Part shown: positions 59,401 to 64,000 of the stretch, piece by piece
Layout: each line of letters starts with the position of its first letter
Numbering within the stretch: the stretch's first letter is position 1
NCBI GenBank assembly: GCA_951406725.2
Contig: OX597814.1
Coordinates: forward strand, 46,376,001-46,440,000
DNA length: 64,000 nt
Direction of reading: 5' to 3'
Origin: Octopus vulgaris
Taxonomy: Eukaryota
Position numbers and translations under genes: made by a program
Notes under the pieces: model-generated
Told to the model about the DNA's origin: nothing
Databases searched by the model: none
The model's input: only the letters and a program-made list of their open reading frames with translations

Positions 59401-59519
59401 AGAAAACTAATATATATATATGTATATATATATATATGTGTATATATATATGTGTGTGTGTGTGTATATATATTTATGTATATATATGAATATATATATA
59501 TGTGTGTGTGTGTGTATGT

Positions 59520-60993
59520 ATAATATGCCCTATCCATACGGGAGGAAAAAGGGCAGAGGCTAGGCATTATAGACCTGTCTCCCTGACCTCCCACATCAGT
59601 AAAGTCATGGAGCACATTATCAGGAAAAGACTCATTGAATTCCATGAGGACAATGACCTGCTCTCTTACACCCAACATGGCTTCGCCTGGGAAGGAGCTG
59701 TCTTACACAGCTTCTGCAACACTATGACTGGGTACTGAGGCAATTAATAAACTGCTCAAAGGTGGATGTGGTATACCTCGACTTTGCGAATGCATTTGAC
59801 AAAGTCGACCATGGAATGATATGCCACAAAATACGGGAACTCGGCATCACTGGTAAAATCAGTGAGTGGCTGCATGATTTGCTAAAGGACAGGAGCCAAA
59901 CTGTAGCAGCCAACGGAGCTCTCTCCACAGAGACACCAATAGTGAGTGGAGTGCCCCAGGGCACTGTGCTGGGGCCACTGCTTTTCATGGTAGCCCTATT
60001 GGATATGCCATCAGTGACAGAGGCAGCTATGCCGACGACACAAAAGTTGCACAGTCAGTCAAAGAAGCCTCTGATGCTACGCTCTTACAAAAAGATGTAG
60101 ATGCCATCTATACATGGGCTGAGGATAACAACATGCAATTTAATGCAAGTAAATTCTAAGCCCTCTGCTACCAGTTAAACACTGCTCAGGAATCATGACA
60201 TCAGTACGTTGGACGAAGTGGAGCAACGATCCCAGAATCAAATACAGTGCATGATCTTGTAATAGAAATGAGCAACAATGCCTCATTTCACACGCGTATC
60301 AACAAAATGGTAGCAGTATCCAGAAGACAGGCTGGTTGGATTCTGAGAACCTTCTGGACAAGGGACCAAGAAACTATGATAACACTATGGAAGTCATTTA
60401 TCCTCAGCCGACTGGACTACTGCTCTCAGCTATGGTCACCTTATACTACAAGGACGATAGCTGAGCTTGAAGCAGTCCAACGACATTACGCAAAGAAAAT
60501 TGCATCACTGGAATGATTGAGCTACGGGACAGGTTGAAAGAGCTGCGACCCTATTCCCTGGAACGAAGGTGGGAGAGGTATGCAGTGATATATATATATG
60601 GAAGATACTGGAAGGACTGGTACCAAACTTTGGAATAAAGAGCTATACTAGACCACTGTGCTGTCCCCCTTGTGCCGACTGCTTCATCTCGGGCAAGGAC
60701 AATGTAGGGCAGTAACTTGGGTTTCAAGGGCCCACAGCTATTTGACTGTCTGCCGAAGCATCTGAGGAGCCTACATGGAGTGGATTTAGATGTTTTCAAA
60801 CGTGAACTTGACCTCTGGCTCTCCGAGATGTCTGATAACCCAATATCTAGGCGAGAAACTCAAAAGAGGGCAGTAACATCAAACTCCATCCTTCACCAAA
60901 AGCCGCTCCGACAAAGGTAGAAAGCGGAAAGATGATCACAACAGCGGTGCTTGAGCATGGCCACTGTCATAGGACTAAAACATATAAAAGAAT
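59520..60993 (+). mobile_element. CR1/L2-group LINE, 5'-truncated, with 3' end (copy F)
   Basis: [41 protein letters not shown]; stop 60920; 3' UTR GCGGTGCTTGAGCATGGCCACTGTCATAGGACTAAAAC. Confidence 0.9.
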
Positions 60994-61011
60994 ACATACA
61001 TATGTAACTCT

Positions 61012-61121
<110 letters not shown>

Positions 61122-61164
61122 GTGTGTGTGTGTATATAAGCATATATATGTATATATATGCATA

Positions 61165-61197
<33 letters not shown>

Positions 61198-61274
61198 TGA
61201 AATAAAACTTACTTGGAAGAGGACGCGTGGCATTCAATCATATAATAACAATTTAATAAATAAAGCATATGCAT

Positions 61275-61309
<35 letters not shown>

Positions 61310-61319
61310 CATATGTATG

Positions 61320-61358
<39 letters not shown>

Positions 61359-61359
61359 T

Positions 61360-61540
61360 TCATTGCTAAATCCACAATTTTTTATTATTCTGTTTTTTTT
61401 TCCTTTTATTCCTTTCTGTCAAAGAGCGTAGGTTCAAAGCATAAAAGACTTTCTCACTTTCCCGCATGTGAAACTAATACTCCTGCATGTTGTTCATACA
61501 GCTGTCTTCATCTTTTCTTTTTCTGTAAATTGCGACTACA
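61360..61540 (+). mobile_element. short (TA)n-flanked element, homolog of 38985-39165
   Basis: CCTTTCTGTCAAAGAGCGTAGGTTCAAAGCATAAAAGACT and downstream colinearity. Confidence 0.6.
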
Positions 61541-61640
61541 TGTGTATGTATATATATATTTGTTAAACAGGACGCCAAATATTAAGGCAAGACAAACATC
61601 TAAAGTCACATATAATATTATTACAGGAAGAAATTCAAAA

Positions 61641-61677
61641 TCTGACAGCTGTTTCTGGGATATTCCGTCATCAGAGA
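61641..61677 (-). ncRNA. type I hammerhead ribozyme (minimal, Penelope-type)
   Basis: Reverse complement TCT-CTGATGA-cGGAATATCCca-GAAAC-AGCT-GTC-AGA: intact catalytic core, GUC triplet, palindromic stem III, imperfect base of stem II. Confidence 0.75.
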
Positions 61678-61916
61678 CAAATAGGGGAAGAAATGTATAG
61701 AAAATTAGAACAGTATATATTAATAATATGACAACTTAGATGAAGGGAGTAAAAGAACAAGGAGATGGAAAAAAAAAAAAGAAGCATAAAAGTTATATAT
61801 ATATATATATATTCTATATTTATATATATATATAAATATATATGTATATATATATATATATAAATATATATGTATATATATGTATGTATATATTTATATA
61901 TATGTATGTATATATT

Positions 61917-61972
<56 letters not shown>

Positions 61973-62118
61973 TATATGTATGTATATATTTATATATATA
62001 TATATGTATATATTTATATGTATATATTTATATGTATATATTTATATATATATATATGTATATATTTATATGTATATATTTATATATATATATATGTATA
62101 TATTTATATGTATATATT

Positions 62119-62149
<31 letters not shown>

Positions 62150-62296
62150 GCATATATTTATATATATATATATATATATATATAATAAATATATATGTAT
62201 ATATATATATTCTATATTTATATATATATAAATATATATGTATATATATAAATATATATATAAATATATATAGTTACATATATATATTATTCTTTT

Positions 62297-62845
62297 AGAT
62301 CAGTATTTCTCAACGGGGATTTCAGGGGAGAGTTTCAGGGAGTCGCTGGCGATGTATCGTGATGATCAAAAATCTGGCCTGCTAAAATTTGGTTAAAGTG
62401 ATTCAAACTGCAGACTCAACACAAAATGGTCACATTTAATTCAAAGCGTTAAAAATGTTATGAAAACAATTGGTATGTGTTCACAAAGTCCAAACGATTA
62501 ATACGAAAAACCCTCCAGGCTACATCCCGAAAATTCATTTCTTTGCCGAATTTCTACAATGTTTACGGCGATTCGTTTTTATATCTTGATTTTTTATTTT
62601 TCATGCAATTTACGCATGCTTGCACCGTGGTGAACACGGTTCACGTCAAACAGCTGACTGAGTAAAGTTCACTATTCAATGCATGGGATAAGGCCTAAAC
62701 AAACACATTATCGATTTTTGCACTTGCGAGATGAATTTCGGAACAGAAATAGCGCAGTTCAATTTTCATTCGCCTAAACTTTAAGTGACCCATTTTTGGT
62801 GGTTCTACGATTTGTTGGCTAGGAGGAGATGTGCCGGGAAGTTAA
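62297..62845 (+). mobile_element. possible hAT-type DNA transposon left end
   Basis: Begins CAGTATTTCTCAAC (hAT-like TIR) and is CpG-rich; no partner TIR found. Confidence 0.3.
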
Positions 62846-62892
62846 ACACACATACACACACACAGATACACACACAGACACAAGTTGAGTTT

Positions 62893-62935
<43 letters not shown>

Positions 62936-63598
62936 GTATATATATGTATATAGCTATATATATGTATATATGTATATATATGTATATATGTATATATATG
63001 TATATATATATATATAGAAATTCGGGGTGAGTACTTGATAATTATAAGCACCTGTGTATATATATATATATGTATATATATGTATATAGGTATATATATG
63101 TATATAGGTATATATATGTATATATGTATATATATGTATATATATATATATATGTGTATATATGTATATATATGTATATATGTATATATATGTATATATG
63201 TATATATGTATATATATGTATATATGTATATATATGTATATATGTATATATATGTATATATGTATATATATGTATATATATGTATATATGTATATATATG
63301 TATATATGTATATATATGTGTATATATGTATATATATGTATATATATGTATATATGTGTATATATATGTATATATGTGTATATATGTGTATATATGTATA
63401 TATATGTATATATGTGTATATATGTGTATATATGTGTATATATGTATATATATGTATATATATGTATATATATGTGTATATATGTATATATGTGTATATA
63501 TGTATATATGTGTATATATGTGTATATATGTATATATATGTATATATGTATATATATGTATATATATATATATGTATATGTATATATATATGTATATA

Positions 63599-63634
<36 letters not shown>

Positions 63635-63637
<3 letters not shown>

Positions 63638-64000
63638 TCTTTTTACTCTTTACTCTTTTACTTGTTTCAGTAATTTGACTGCGGCCATGCTGGAGCACCG
63701 CCTTTAGTCGACCAATTCGACCCCAGGACTTATTCTATCGGTCTCTTTTGCCGAACCGCTAAGTGACGGGGACGTAAACACACCAGCATCGGTTGTCAAG
63801 CGATGTTGGGGGGACAAACACAGACACACACACATATATATATATATATACATATATACGACAGGCTTCTTTCAGTTTCCGTCTACCAAATCCACTCACA
63901 AGGCATTGGTCGGCCCGGGGCTATAGTAGAAGACACTTGCCCAAGATGCCACGCAATGGGACTGAACCCGGAACCATGTGGTTGGTTAGCAAGCTACTTA
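63635..64000 (-). mobile_element. tRNA-CORE SINE, young CpG-intact copy, tail joined to (TA)n
   Basis: Colinear with 4867-5266; (TACTCTTT)n tail directly abuts (TA)n; runs off the window end. Confidence 0.9.

Overview
AT-rich eukaryotic (animal) genomic DNA made almost entirely of transposon remnants and microsatellites. The repeat families look like those of octopus/coleoid cephalopods (my recognition, not verified). No host protein-coding gene can be supported, and the long (IY)n ORFs are translations of (TA)n arrays. 1-32.5 kb holds old, CpG-decayed elements: Tc1 and mariner remnants, an RT-less Gypsy element with nested insertions, RTE LINEs, a Dong/R4 cluster in (TAA)n, Tx1 and CR1 3' ends, and tRNA-derived SINEs. 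35.5-64 kb is a very large (TA)n landscape with at least 6 pieces of one CR1/L2-group LINE lineage. Most notable: (1) a near full-length (TA)n-embedded LINE whose ORF1 carries a Myb/SANT-like domain and two CCCH zinc fingers, and whose conserved 3' double hairpin is shared with the abundant tRNA-CORE SINE (a LINE/SINE pair); (2) a tRNA-headed SINE with a hammerhead-ribozyme tail inserted in Penelope-like inverted configuration; (3) several more hammerhead motifs in short (TA)n-flanked islands; (4) a 5S rRNA-RTE chimeric insertion; (5) a ~445-bp direct duplication flanking the Gypsy element.
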